From contig CAVTJJ010000003.1 in assembly GCA_963735035.1 (NCBI GenBank), positions 1-64,000 on the forward strand: a DNA stretch of 64,000 bases, written 5' to 3'. Numbering within the stretch: the first letter of the stretch is position 1; each line of letters opens with the position of its first letter. This document shows positions 27,774 through 37,018 of the stretch, one piece after another. Under the pieces are notes generated by a model that saw nothing but the letters and a program-made list of their open reading frames with translations, made no database searches and was not told where the DNA came from. The DNA comes from an uncultured candidate division Zixibacteria bacterium (GTDB lineage Bacteria > Zixibacteria > MSB-5A5 > GN15 > FEB-12). Made by a program: the position numbers and the translations under genes.

Positions 27774-29339
27774 CTACCTGGGATTGAGAACCGCCACGGG
27801 CACGATCATTTCTTCGATTGAAATCCCGCCGTGCTGGAAGGAGTTCTGGAAACGACGCACCATCTCGTTGTAATTGTTCGGATAGACGAAATAGAAGTCC
27901 TCGCGCGCAATGAGGAAAGTAGTACCGAGCGTGAACGCGGGGAGCCGCCATTCCGCCGGCTTCTTGATTATCACGGCTTCCTTGGGCTCCCCTTTCAAGT
28001 TGTCGCCGTACTTGTAGCGAAGGTTGGTCGAAGTCGTCTTGCGACCGTGAGCCATCGTGCCGCGACGGCACAGCACTGAGCCGTGATCCGAGGTTATTAC
28101 TACCGTGAAGCCGCGCTTTGAGAATGATTTGAGCATGGTAAAGAGCGGCGAATGCGTGAACCAGGTCTTCATGAGCATGCGGAAGGCCGCTTCGGAACCG
28201 GCAATTTCCTTGAGAATGACATTCGATGAACGCCCATGCACGAGGATATCGAGAAAGTTGAAGACGAATGTAACGAGTTGGCTATCGGAGTAATCTGACG
28301 CCCGTTTGGCCAGTTCTTCGCCCTGTGTGTTGTCGTTTATCTTGATGAATTTCGACGCCTGATCAAGCCGCACACCGTTGCGGGCGAGATTCTCGATCAA
28401 CATCCGGTCTTCGTGACGATTAAGCGAGCCTTCTTCGCCTTCATAGGTGTCGGGATACTGCCGGTATATGTCGTCGGGGAACAGACCGCTGAACAAGGCG
28501 TTGCGGGCAAACGGCGTAGCACTCGGCAGCAAGGTGATATAGTGATGTCGCTGGATGTCATAGAATTCTGCCACCATCGGCTCGACCTGCATCCACTGAT
28601 CGAGGCGCATACAATCCACTACGATGTAAACAACCTTCTTGCCTTGTTTGAGCGGCGGCACTACGAATTTCGCCGTAACATCCGGCGACATCATGGGGCG
28701 GTCATCCCGATGCAGCCAATTTTGGTAATTCTTCAGGATGTATTTGGTAAACTCGGTATTCCATTCTTTCTGAGTCCCCTCGTGCGTCTCCTGCAAACCG
28801 GGATCGTTGGCCTCGTCGATCTCCAGATTCCATTCAGCCAGGATCCGTGCGGCCTCGTGCCAGTCTTCTGGCTGAAGCGCCCCGTAGAGCTTCTGATTGA
28901 AGCGGTTGATCTCCGAGATGTAGCGACGCATCGACGACGATCCGATAATCTTCCGCGAATCCAATAGTCGCTTTACCACCATCAGTATCTGTGACGGCAC
29001 CACCGGCTTGACCAGGTAGTCGTCGATCTTTTGCCCGATCGCCTCATCCATCAGCGATTCTTCTTCGGATTTCGTCACCATCACGACCGGCAGATGCGGC
29101 TTGATGTTCTTTATTTCTTCGAGGGTCGTCAGGCCGTCCTTGCCCGGCATCATTTCATCGAGCAGCACCAGGTCGAAATTCTGCTGCTGCACTTTGGCGA
29201 TGCCGTCGTCGCCGGACATCGCCCCGACCAACTCGAATCCCTTCCCTTCGAGAAACAGGAAGTGCGACTTGAGCGAGTCGATTTCGTCGTCGATCCAGAG
29301 AATTCTTTTCTTTTCAGTATTTGCCATGTTCGCTTTCAT
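27774..29339 (-). CDS. porX: PorX-like response regulator with PglZ/alkaline-phosphatase domain
   Basis: ILWIDDEID REC, VVDCMRLDQW, LPSATPFARNALFSG, TSDHG, FQHGGISIEEMIVP; adjacent to tsaE as in Bacteroidota. Confidence 0.85.
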   Translation of the reverse strand: MKANMANTEKKRILWIDDEIDSLKSHFLFLEGKGFELVGAMSGDDGIAKVQQQNFDLVLLDEMMPGKDGLTTLEEIKNIKPHLPVVMVTKSEEESLMDEAIGQKIDDYLVKPVVPSQILMVVKRLLDSRKIIGSSSMRRYISEINRFNQKLYGALQPEDWHEAARILAEWNLEIDEANDPGLQETHEGTQKEWNTEFTKYILKNYQNWLHRDDRPMMSPDVTAKFVVPPLKQGKKVVYIVVDCMRLDQWMQVEPMVAEFYDIQRHHYITLLPSATPFARNALFSGLFPDDIYRQYPDTYEGEEGSLNRHEDRMLIENLARNGVRLDQASKFIKINDNTQGEELAKRASDYSDSQLVTFVFNFLDILVHGRSSNVILKEIAGSEAAFRMLMKTWFTHSPLFTMLKSFSKRGFTVVITSDHGSVLCRRGTMAHGRKTTSTNLRYKYGDNLKGEPKEAVIIKKPAEWRLPAFTLGTTFLIAREDFYFVYPNNYNEMVRRFQNSFQHGGISIEEMIVPVAVLNPR

Positions 29340-30592
29340 GAAACGCCCGACAGCGGCAGGGTCACCTGGAAGACGGTTTCCCCCGGCTGTGAGCGTAAGA
29401 GGACTATGCGACCGACATGATATTCTTCCACTATTCGCTTGACCAGAGTCAGCCCCATTCCCCAACCCCGCTTCTTGGTCGTGAAGCCGGGCTGAAAGAT
29501 TTTGCGTGTAGCGCCGGCGGGGATGCCGTGGCCGTTATCAGCAATTTCTAGTACAACCGTCCCACTATCTGGGCTGAGGCTGGTGGTTATCACAACACGG
29601 CCGGTTTTCGAATCGACCGCCTGCAGGCTATTCTTGACCAGGTTCTCAAGCACCCACGAGAACAGTTCCGGGTTGATCCGGACTGGCGGGATGTTGCCCG
29701 CGTTAACTATCAATTGAGCACCCTGGCCCTCAAACGGCAACCTGGCCCGATAGTACTGGACGCAATCAGATACGAGAGAATTGAGATCGGCCTCTCTCAT
29801 CTCCGGTGTGGAACCTATCTGGCCGAACCGGTTGGCCACACGCTGGAGCCGTTTGACGTCCATGCGCATATGCTCGACAGTCGTATCGAGCAGCTTACCC
29901 AACTCTTCCGTGCTCAGCCCCTGTTGCTCGTGGCCGCCGACTACTTCAAGCCAGCCGAGGAGCGACGTAAGCGGCGTCCCGAGCTGATGCGCAGTCTCCT
30001 TGGCCATGCCTACCCAAATGTAGCGCTCTTCGGAGCGTCGGATATTCTGGAAACCTATGACCGTTACTATCAGAAAGGCCAGCACGATCCCGATCGCGAC
30101 AAACGGCATCACCTTCAGTTCTTTGATCACCTCGGAATCGCCATAGCGCAAGTAGTTGATGACAGTCGTACCGAAATAGAGCGGATATTCCTTGTTGTGG
30201 TGATACATATCCTCGGCTACCACCTTGAGGCGGTCGAAAGTGGCCCTGGTAGTATCATCGGGCGAGATACCCGGAATGTTGCGCCAGACGACAGGCTCGC
30301 GATTCTTGTCGAGAACGATCATCGGAATCGTCGCCTTGAGAATGATCTCATCAAAGATAAACGGCAGTTCATCGCCGGTGGTAGGTGAATTGGCGGCCAG
30401 TTGCCAGAGACGAACATACTTGTCGACCTGGTCGCGAGTGTCCAATTGAAGCTGCTCGATCAGTCCCAGCGTGTACCAGGTGAACAGCGCGGAGATCAGG
30501 AGTACTCCACCGATTAGAAAGACACGGAAGAGGACGGAGCGCCCGATATAGAGTCCGCTCAGTCCCCCACGTATGGCGCGTCCAAAAGCCAT
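29336..30592 (-). CDS. Two-TM sensor histidine kinase
   Basis: Two TM helices, WVGMAKETAHQLGTPL H-box, ENLVKNS, DNGHGI, GWGMGL. Confidence 0.93.
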   Translation of the reverse strand: MAFGRAIRGGLSGLYIGRSVLFRVFLIGGVLLISALFTWYTLGLIEQLQLDTRDQVDKYVRLWQLAANSPTTGDELPFIFDEIILKATIPMIVLDKNREPVVWRNIPGISPDDTTRATFDRLKVVAEDMYHHNKEYPLYFGTTVINYLRYGDSEVIKELKVMPFVAIGIVLAFLIVTVIGFQNIRRSEERYIWVGMAKETAHQLGTPLTSLLGWLEVVGGHEQQGLSTEELGKLLDTTVEHMRMDVKRLQRVANRFGQIGSTPEMREADLNSLVSDCVQYYRARLPFEGQGAQLIVNAGNIPPVRINPELFSWVLENLVKNSLQAVDSKTGRVVITTSLSPDSGTVVLEIADNGHGIPAGATRKIFQPGFTTKKRGWGMGLTLVKRIVEEYHVGRIVLLRSQPGETVFQVTLPLSGVS

Positions 30593-31857
30593 TAGCCGAT
30601 TCGTTCCACTCCGCCCATGTATGAGCGCAATACGTCAGGAATAGTCACGCTACCGTCGGCATTCTGGTAGTTTTCCAGAATTGCCGGGATGAGACGAGCC
30701 AGGGCGAGCCCGGATCCATTCAGCGTGTGCGGAATTTCGATCTTCTTCTCAGCATTGCGGAACCGAAGATTCATCCGCCGCGCCTGGAAAGACTCGAAAT
30801 TCGAGACAGACGAAATTTCCAAATACCGCTCGATACCCGCCGCCCACAACTCCAGATCGTAGGTCTTGGCCGACGCAAACGACAGATCACCAGTCGCCAA
30901 CAACATCACCCGGTATGGCAGCTTGAGCCCCTGAAGTATCTTTTCGCACTGAGCGGTCAGAGATTCCAGTTCGTCGTAGGATCGATCCGGATGAACAATC
31001 TTGACCAGTTCAACTTTGTCGAATTGGTGCACCCGAATCATGCCACGCGTGTCTTTACCGGCGGCGCCGGCTTCGCGACGAAAACAGGGCGAGTGCGCCA
31101 CCATGTAGACCGGCAGTTCATCCTCGCCGATTATTCGCTGCTTGTAAAGATTGGTGACCGGTACTTCGGCGGTCGGAATGAGCCAGAAGTCGTCACCTTC
31201 GACCCGGTACATATCGTTGGCCAGTTTTGGCAGTTGTCCGGTGCCATACATAGTGTCGGAATTGACAATGTACGGGGTTGCGACTTCAGTGAAGCCGCTC
31301 GCCCCATGAAGATCGAGCATGTAGCCGACCAGAGCTCGCTGCAAACGTGCACCCAGACCCTTTAGGACATAGAAACCTGAACCGGAGAGCGATGCCCCGG
31401 CGGCCATATCCAAAACACCAAGCTGCTCGCCTACTTCCCAATGCGGCTTTATCGGAAAGCCGGGCTTTGGCTTGGCGCCCCATTCGCGGACTATTTGATT
31501 CGCCGCGCTGTCTGCACCCACCGGCACCGAACTGTGTGGGAGATTGGGAATCCACTCGACCAGTTTCTGAAGTTCGGCCTCGACCGTGCGAAGGGATTCG
31601 TCCTGGGCTTTGATTTCGTCGCCCATGCGGCGGGTGGCCTCGATAGCGTCGTCGGCTTTCTCGCCGGCCTTCTTCTTGATAGCGATGTCGGCCGAGGCCT
31701 GGTTGCGCTCGGCTTTCAAGCGCTCAACTGTCCGAATGGTCAAGCGGCGCTGCTCGTCCAGGGCCAGAATCTTGTCAAAGTCGCATTTTTCGTTCTTGTT
31801 GGCGACAGCCGCCTTAACCAGGTCCGGCTGCTCACGAATCAATCTCATATCCAGCAT
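30592..31857 (-). CDS. serS: Serine--tRNA ligase
   Basis: LIPTAEVP, CFRREAG...RGMIRVHQFDKVE, HTLNGSGLA. Confidence 0.98.
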   Translation of the reverse strand: MLDMRLIREQPDLVKAAVANKNEKCDFDKILALDEQRRLTIRTVERLKAERNQASADIAIKKKAGEKADDAIEATRRMGDEIKAQDESLRTVEAELQKLVEWIPNLPHSSVPVGADSAANQIVREWGAKPKPGFPIKPHWEVGEQLGVLDMAAGASLSGSGFYVLKGLGARLQRALVGYMLDLHGASGFTEVATPYIVNSDTMYGTGQLPKLANDMYRVEGDDFWLIPTAEVPVTNLYKQRIIGEDELPVYMVAHSPCFRREAGAAGKDTRGMIRVHQFDKVELVKIVHPDRSYDELESLTAQCEKILQGLKLPYRVMLLATGDLSFASAKTYDLELWAAGIERYLEISSVSNFESFQARRMNLRFRNAEKKIEIPHTLNGSGLALARLIPAILENYQNADGSVTIPDVLRSYMGGVERIG

Positions 31858-32153
31858 CGGTAGTCCTTGTGCTTGTAATCCTCGAAAATGGTCATCGTAG
31901 GTCGAAACCCTGTGTCTGCTCGCCGTGGCGAGATTTCGACATTATGAGCTTTTCTCTTCTAATGGTGCAGTCTTATTTAGGTTCCAAGTTACCATATTTC
32001 AACGTAAATCACCAGTCCGGCGGTAGATCGAAAGCCCGGTCCGAACGCCGAAAAGGACTATCAAAATGGCTGTTTGGGCGAAGAAAGTTCTTGCCTTTCC
32101 GTGGAATCGGGTTAGATTAGCGGTCTGCAATTTTTGCGGAATTGAGGATTAAG

Positions 32154-32375
32154 ATGTCGAAAATTTGTGAAATCTGCGGGAAGAAACCGCTGTTCGGACA
32201 TAATGTCTCCCACGCTCACAACGTGACCAAGCGTCGGTTCATGCCTAACCTTCAGGAAGTACGGGCCATCGTCGACGGTCGCTCCATGCGGGTCACTGTC
32301 TGTGTTTCCTGTCTGAAGGCGGGCAAAGTCGTGAAGAACATTCAGGGCCGCAGGGCTCGCCAGGCCACGACGTAA
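32154..32375 (+). CDS. rpmB: 50S ribosomal protein L28 (Cys-containing form)
   Basis: MSKICEICGK...GHNVSHAHNVTKRRFMPNLQ...CVSC. Confidence 0.96.
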   Translation: MSKICEICGKKPLFGHNVSHAHNVTKRRFMPNLQEVRAIVDGRSMRVTVCVSCLKAGKVVKNIQGRRARQATT

Positions 32376-32396
32376 CGCGTTGAGTCTGAATAAATT

Positions 32397-32422
32397 AAAG
32401 CCGCCCGAGTGGGCGGCTTTTT
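32397..32422 (+). terminator. Intrinsic terminator after rpmB
   Basis: AAAGCCGCCC-GAGT-GGGCGGCTTT followed by TT. Confidence 0.85.
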
Positions 32423-32540
32423 TGTTTGGTCTCGACCGGTGTCAGGCAGAGACGCGAACAGTGGGCGGCACACGTCCCGTGTGCCCCTAAGGGACAGACC
32501 GGGAGGTCTGCCGCTCATAAGAATATGATCGTCACAGCCC

Positions 32541-33308
32541 CTAGGACGAAAACAACGACAGCACGTTGCGATTGCTCATGAAACTATGCCCCAGGAGCGC
32601 CATCGTCACCTGTGAGCGGATTAGGGCCGACGTAAACTGCGACATCTCGACAGCATAGTCGGTGTCAGCCAGCGTCGATTCCGCCGCTTCGAGATTCTGC
32701 CTCGTAACTTCCAGCGTCTGCTTCTGGGTCTCCAGATCGAATTTCTGGGTCGCGCCCAGAGTCGAAGTTACGTCGTCCAACTGTGACGCAGCGTCGTCAA
32801 TCTTTTCCATCGTGGCTACGGCGGCTTCGGGACTGGACAGGTCGATTTCTTCCAGTTGAGCAACCTCCGCCAGAGAGCCCTCCGAACCGTCCAGTATGGC
32901 CGCTCCGTTATAATGAGCGTTGGCTATGGTTCTATTGTAGCTGTTGGTGAGAGCGGTCGCAGCCGTATCGTAAGCTTCCTGGGCCTCGGCGCTGTTGCCG
33001 GCAGAATTGGCGGCGGCGACAGCCAACGACCGAAGCTCTGTCAGGCTGCCACGCAGTTCACCGACCGACGAGGACGCCGTTTGGTACTTGTCTATGACGG
33101 CACCGATATTTTCGATTTCCTGATTGAGCGAAGCAATCTGGCTCTGTAACTGCTCGGAGATCACCAGCCCGGCGGGATCATCCGACGCATGATTGATTTT
33201 CCGTCCGCTCGATAGACGCTCCATCGAAGAATACAGGTCAGCGTAGTTGCCACTGAATCCGGCCGCCGCGAGACGGGCCCCTAAATCGGTACGAATGCTT
33301 TCTGTCAT
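32541..33308 (-). CDS. Orphan minimal flagellin-like protein (D0/D1 only)
   Basis: SMERLSSGRKINHASDDPAGLVISEQL (Flagellin_N) and LGATQ...NLEAAESTLADTDYAVEMSQF...VLSLF (Flagellin_C). Confidence 0.85.
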   Translation of the reverse strand: MTESIRTDLGARLAAAGFSGNYADLYSSMERLSSGRKINHASDDPAGLVISEQLQSQIASLNQEIENIGAVIDKYQTASSSVGELRGSLTELRSLAVAAANSAGNSAEAQEAYDTAATALTNSYNRTIANAHYNGAAILDGSEGSLAEVAQLEEIDLSSPEAAVATMEKIDDAASQLDDVTSTLGATQKFDLETQKQTLEVTRQNLEAAESTLADTDYAVEMSQFTSALIRSQVTMALLGHSFMSNRNVLSLFSS

Positions 33309-33358
33309 ATTCCAGCCCCGTTTTCAAAGGGTTCGTGGTTTCAACATTATATTAGTCA

Positions 33359-33374
33359 CGCAAGCGCTGTGCCG
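33359..33374 (-). promoter_or_regulatory. Putative sigma54 promoter of the flagellin-like gene
   Basis: CGGCACAGCGCTTGCG (GG-N10-GC) about 50 nt upstream of the ATG. Confidence 0.6.
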
Positions 33375-33477
33375 TCAACAATGCAGTCTGCCTCTCTTGC
33401 GGGACAAGGAGATAACTGGACGGGACGGGGTCGAGCAGCATCATTATGGGGGATGATTCCCCTCTTTTCGAGCGATA

Positions 33478-33515
33478 AAAAATGCCGCCGGCAGGGTAGT
33501 TAAGCCGGCAGCATT
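33478..33515 (-). terminator. Likely terminator of the dcw cluster
   Basis: AAATGC(T)GCCGGC...GCCGGC(G)GCATTTTT imperfect hairpin on the minus strand. Confidence 0.55.
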
Positions 33516-33604
33516 TGTGGAGGAACCAATAGAGCTGCTCGCTCTATGATTGTCTTCCGACACAAGGCCGGAAGGTATGTTGTCTTTCAATTACATCAGG
33601 GAGC

Positions 33605-34978
33605 TCAGTTATCCTCGAGTCTTCTGATGTAGGCCGGGATGGTCCGGTCATCTTCAGTAAAAATCGGCACCCGGCTCCGGGGCCTGACACTGTAAGGGTT
33701 CGCATTTCCATTAACGTAGCCATTGTTGCCGCTGTTCCCGTTCCCGTTGCCATTACCATTCCCGTTACCGCCAACAGGGGCCGCTTTGGGAGTCTCGGCC
33801 TGACGGTGCTCTTCGCGGTACATCTCAACGGCTGGGCTTGGGACCGCTTGACTGGGCACTGCCGCTACTTCCACTGGGCTAACAGTTCGCCTGATTGGAA
33901 TGGCCTGCATAGCCTCTTCCGGGAACAACGACATCGCCTTGGTGGGCGTCGCAGCCGCTTGCACGCGTGGCTCTTCTTTGATCTTGGGTCTGGCCGGGGC
34001 GTCTACCTTGCCGATACCGGTGGCAATCACGGTCACCCGCATCTTGTTATTCATCTCGGGATCGATAACCGCGCCGAAAATGATATTGGCATTGTCACCG
34101 GACTTTTCGTAGATCAGCGACGTGGCCGTGTTGACATCGTGCAAAGTCATGTCTTCGCCACCGGTGATGTTGACCAGCACGCCCTTCGCACCAGAGATCG
34201 AAACGGATTCAAGCAACGGCGAGGAAATCGCCTGTTGTGCCGCATCGATGGCCCGTTCTTCGCCTTCTCCATATCCGGTCCCCATCAATGCATTGCCCAT
34301 TTCCGACATCACCGTGCGCACGTCGGCGAAATCACAATTGATGAGACCGGGGATAGTGATCAGGTCGGAAATTCCCTTGGTCGCCTGGTGTAGGACGTCG
34401 TCGGCGGTGGCAAACGCCGCTGTCAGCGTCGTGCCTTTTTCGACGATCTCAAGCAGGCGCTCATTCGGAATCGTTATGAGCGTGTCGACTTGCGCTCTCA
34501 GAGCCGCGAGACCTTCATCGGCCCGATCAATCCGCTTGCGACCTTCGAAACGAAACGGCGTTGTAACGATGGCAACGGTCAACGCGCCCGCTTCTTTTGC
34601 GATCTGCGCCACGATTGGCGCCGCCCCGGTTCCGGTGCCGCCACCCATACCGGCGGTAATGAACACCAGGTTGGGTTTGCCGAGATGTTCGGCGACTTCG
34701 CGACGGCTTTCTTCCATGGCCAGCCGGCCGACATCGGGATTGGCGCCCGCGCCCAGACCGTTGGTGATGCCAACGCCGACCTGAATTCTCTTATCGGCGC
34801 GATTTTGTTCCAGGGCCTGCGAATCGGTGTTGACCGCGATGAATTCGACCCCTTTGAGATCCGAGGCAATCATCCTATTGATGGCATTGCCCCCTCCGCC
34901 ACCGACTCCGACAACTTTGATGTTGGCTACTCCAACGAAGTCGGAAGCGAAATTGAATTGGTGACTTCTCTCTGACAT
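33605..34978 (-). CDS. ftsZ: Cell division protein FtsZ
   Basis: IKVVGVGGGGGNA, GMGGGTGTG tubulin signature, INCDFADV, C-terminal IPAYIRR. Confidence 0.98.
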   Translation of the reverse strand: MSERSHQFNFASDFVGVANIKVVGVGGGGGNAINRMIASDLKGVEFIAVNTDSQALEQNRADKRIQVGVGITNGLGAGANPDVGRLAMEESRREVAEHLGKPNLVFITAGMGGGTGTGAAPIVAQIAKEAGALTVAIVTTPFRFEGRKRIDRADEGLAALRAQVDTLITIPNERLLEIVEKGTTLTAAFATADDVLHQATKGISDLITIPGLINCDFADVRTVMSEMGNALMGTGYGEGEERAIDAAQQAISSPLLESVSISGAKGVLVNITGGEDMTLHDVNTATSLIYEKSGDNANIIFGAVIDPEMNNKMRVTVIATGIGKVDAPARPKIKEEPRVQAAATPTKAMSLFPEEAMQAIPIRRTVSPVEVAAVPSQAVPSPAVEMYREEHRQAETPKAAPVGGNGNGNGNGNGNSGNNGYVNGNANPYSVRPRSRVPIFTEDDRTIPAYIRRLEDN

Positions 34979-35015
34979 AGTTCCTCCTGAACAGACCGTA
35001 TATCTCTACTACCCG

Positions 35016-36239
35016 TTACATCTTCCTCGTTATCCAATCCTCGAGACGAGCCATCCATGACCGCATGCGACCGCTCCCATGAGTGGTCGACGGCTCGTTG
35101 GCAAATCCGTACATCAACAGCCCGAATCCCGCCGTATAGCAGGGCGAGACTAAATTGTCCGGCACATGCGCGAATCCCTTCAGCTCGCCCATCCGCACCG
35201 GCACGTCGAATATTTGCTCGGCAAGTTCGCTCACACCCGGGAGCGCCGCTGCGCCGCCGGTGAGAATGATCCCGGACGCCAGTCGGTCGAGCTGAACCAC
35301 CTGCCTTAAATCGCGCGCCACGAGCGAGAAGATTTCTTCCATTCTCGGTTCAATAATTGACGCCAGCACATTGCGCGAAATTTCCTTTGACGTGTGTCCG
35401 CCGGGCCCCGGGACTTCAATCATCTCGGTGGCATCCACAAAAGTTGTCAGCGCAGCGCCGTGTGCGATTTTCAATTCTTCCGCCTGTGTGACTGAAGTCC
35501 TGAGCCCGATAGCAATGTCATTGGTCACATTGCGTCCACCCAATGGGACCGCAAAAGAATGTCTGATGGCGCCGTCGAAAAATACCGAAACGCTGGTTAT
35601 GTCGCCGCCCATGTCGATCAACATGCAGCCGGCTTCCAAATTCGTCTCGTTGAGCAATACGTGCGAAAGCGCCAGCGATTCCAGCACCATGTGATCGACA
35701 CCGAGATGGCACCGCTCCAGAGCACGGTAGACATTCCTGGCTGAAGTCACCGATGCCGTCACGATATGCGCTTCAACTTCGAGCCGCACGCCGTTCATGC
35801 CGATAGGATCCTGAATGCCCGACTGGTCATCCACTGAGAATGTCTGCGGCACGACATGAATGATCTCACGGTCGACCGGAATCGCCACTGTCCGGGCGGC
35901 ATCGACCGCCCGCTTGACATCGGCGGCGGTGATTTCGTTATCGGAGCGGCTCACGGTTACGACGCCGTGGCTGTTTATCGATCTAATATGTTCCCCGGCG
36001 ATACCGACTGAAACGCGGTCGATCTCCACGCCCGAGATCATCTGCGCGTCCGCGACCGCCTTTTCAATCGCCTTGACGGTCTTGTCCATGTCGACCACAA
36101 CGCCGCGCTTGAGGCCATCGGCCGCGGCGACTCCGTGCCCGATCACATACACCGAACCATCGGCCTCCATCTCGCCGACCACACAGAATATCTTGGTAGT
36201 CCCGATGTCGAGAGTGGCGACCATGTTCTCGGAGGCCAT
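35016..36239 (-). CDS. ftsA: Cell division protein FtsA
   Basis: LDIGTTKI, GVRLEVEAHIV, IDMGG, ILTGG. Confidence 0.97.
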   Translation of the reverse strand: MASENMVATLDIGTTKIFCVVGEMEADGSVYVIGHGVAAADGLKRGVVVDMDKTVKAIEKAVADAQMISGVEIDRVSVGIAGEHIRSINSHGVVTVSRSDNEITAADVKRAVDAARTVAIPVDREIIHVVPQTFSVDDQSGIQDPIGMNGVRLEVEAHIVTASVTSARNVYRALERCHLGVDHMVLESLALSHVLLNETNLEAGCMLIDMGGDITSVSVFFDGAIRHSFAVPLGGRNVTNDIAIGLRTSVTQAEELKIAHGAALTTFVDATEMIEVPGPGGHTSKEISRNVLASIIEPRMEEIFSLVARDLRQVVQLDRLASGIILTGGAAALPGVSELAEQIFDVPVRMGELKGFAHVPDNLVSPCYTAGFGLLMYGFANEPSTTHGSGRMRSWMARLEDWITRKM

Positions 36240-36241
36240 TT

Positions 36242-37018
36242 TCAGAACCCTCCGATATTGGAAGTGTCGATCTTCTTCTTTTTCGATTCGGTCGAATCGG
36301 CCGGACGTTCTTGCACGATCAGATTGGAGAAGCGCAGATCGACCTGGGTCGAGGTATCAATCGGTGTCCGGTACAACTCCATGAATTCGAAAAAGCCGGT
36401 CACCTGATCTAACAGATTGTCGGCTGTAACTTTCAAGTGATACGGTAACCCGGAGACGGTCACGGTAATGTAACCGGGCGTACTCAAATCGACTTCCTCG
36501 ATCAGCCGGTACAGTAGAAGATTGTCATCGGCGAGCTCCTGAAGCTGGGGCACTATCAGGGCGACCCTCGGATCGTCGCACCGTTCAAAGATTCGCCCTA
36601 CGCCAACTCCGGTGATAATCGGATGCTCCCAATCGTCAAAATCGTCGCGCAGCGGCACGGTGCGGCCGTCGTGATTCAAACCGACCACCCGCCCGCTGAC
36701 CTTATCCAGCACCAGGCCCACCGGACTGAAACGATTAGTCCGCACATGAAGCGTGGCGGGGAGTTCGATTTCCATGTCGACCCGGGCGGTCTGTTCACGC
36801 AACAGGAGGAGCTGAGCCACCGATTCCATCGGTTGCTTGACGACTGAAGCCCCGCTGTTGAAACCGAGTTTGCGATCCGGATTCATCACGGGTTCGCCGT
36901 CGAGCGTAACCGCTGCAAGGTTCTGCCACTGGGTAAACTCGATGACACAGACCAGCCCGACTCCGCAGACGATGAACGCCAGCAGGATCAGGCGCAGTCT
37001 GGTCGAGAAGAGTTTCAC
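36242..37018 (-). CDS. ftsQ: Cell division protein FtsQ/DivIB-like
   Basis: Single N-terminal TM, PIITG, C-terminal VDLRFSNLIV; position before ftsA. Confidence 0.75.
   Translation of the reverse strand: MKLFSTRLRLILLAFIVCGVGLVCVIEFTQWQNLAAVTLDGEPVMNPDRKLGFNSGASVVKQPMESVAQLLLLREQTARVDMEIELPATLHVRTNRFSPVGLVLDKVSGRVVGLNHDGRTVPLRDDFDDWEHPIITGVGVGRIFERCDDPRVALIVPQLQELADDNLLLYRLIEEVDLSTPGYITVTVSGLPYHLKVTADNLLDQVTGFFEFMELYRTPIDTSTQVDLRFSNLIVQERPADSTESKKKKIDTSNIGGF

Noticed and set aside
27774..29339. BREX defence system suggested by the PglZ domain
   Set aside because: The domain is fused to a REC domain in a housekeeping context (PorX-like), with no brxC/pglX neighbours
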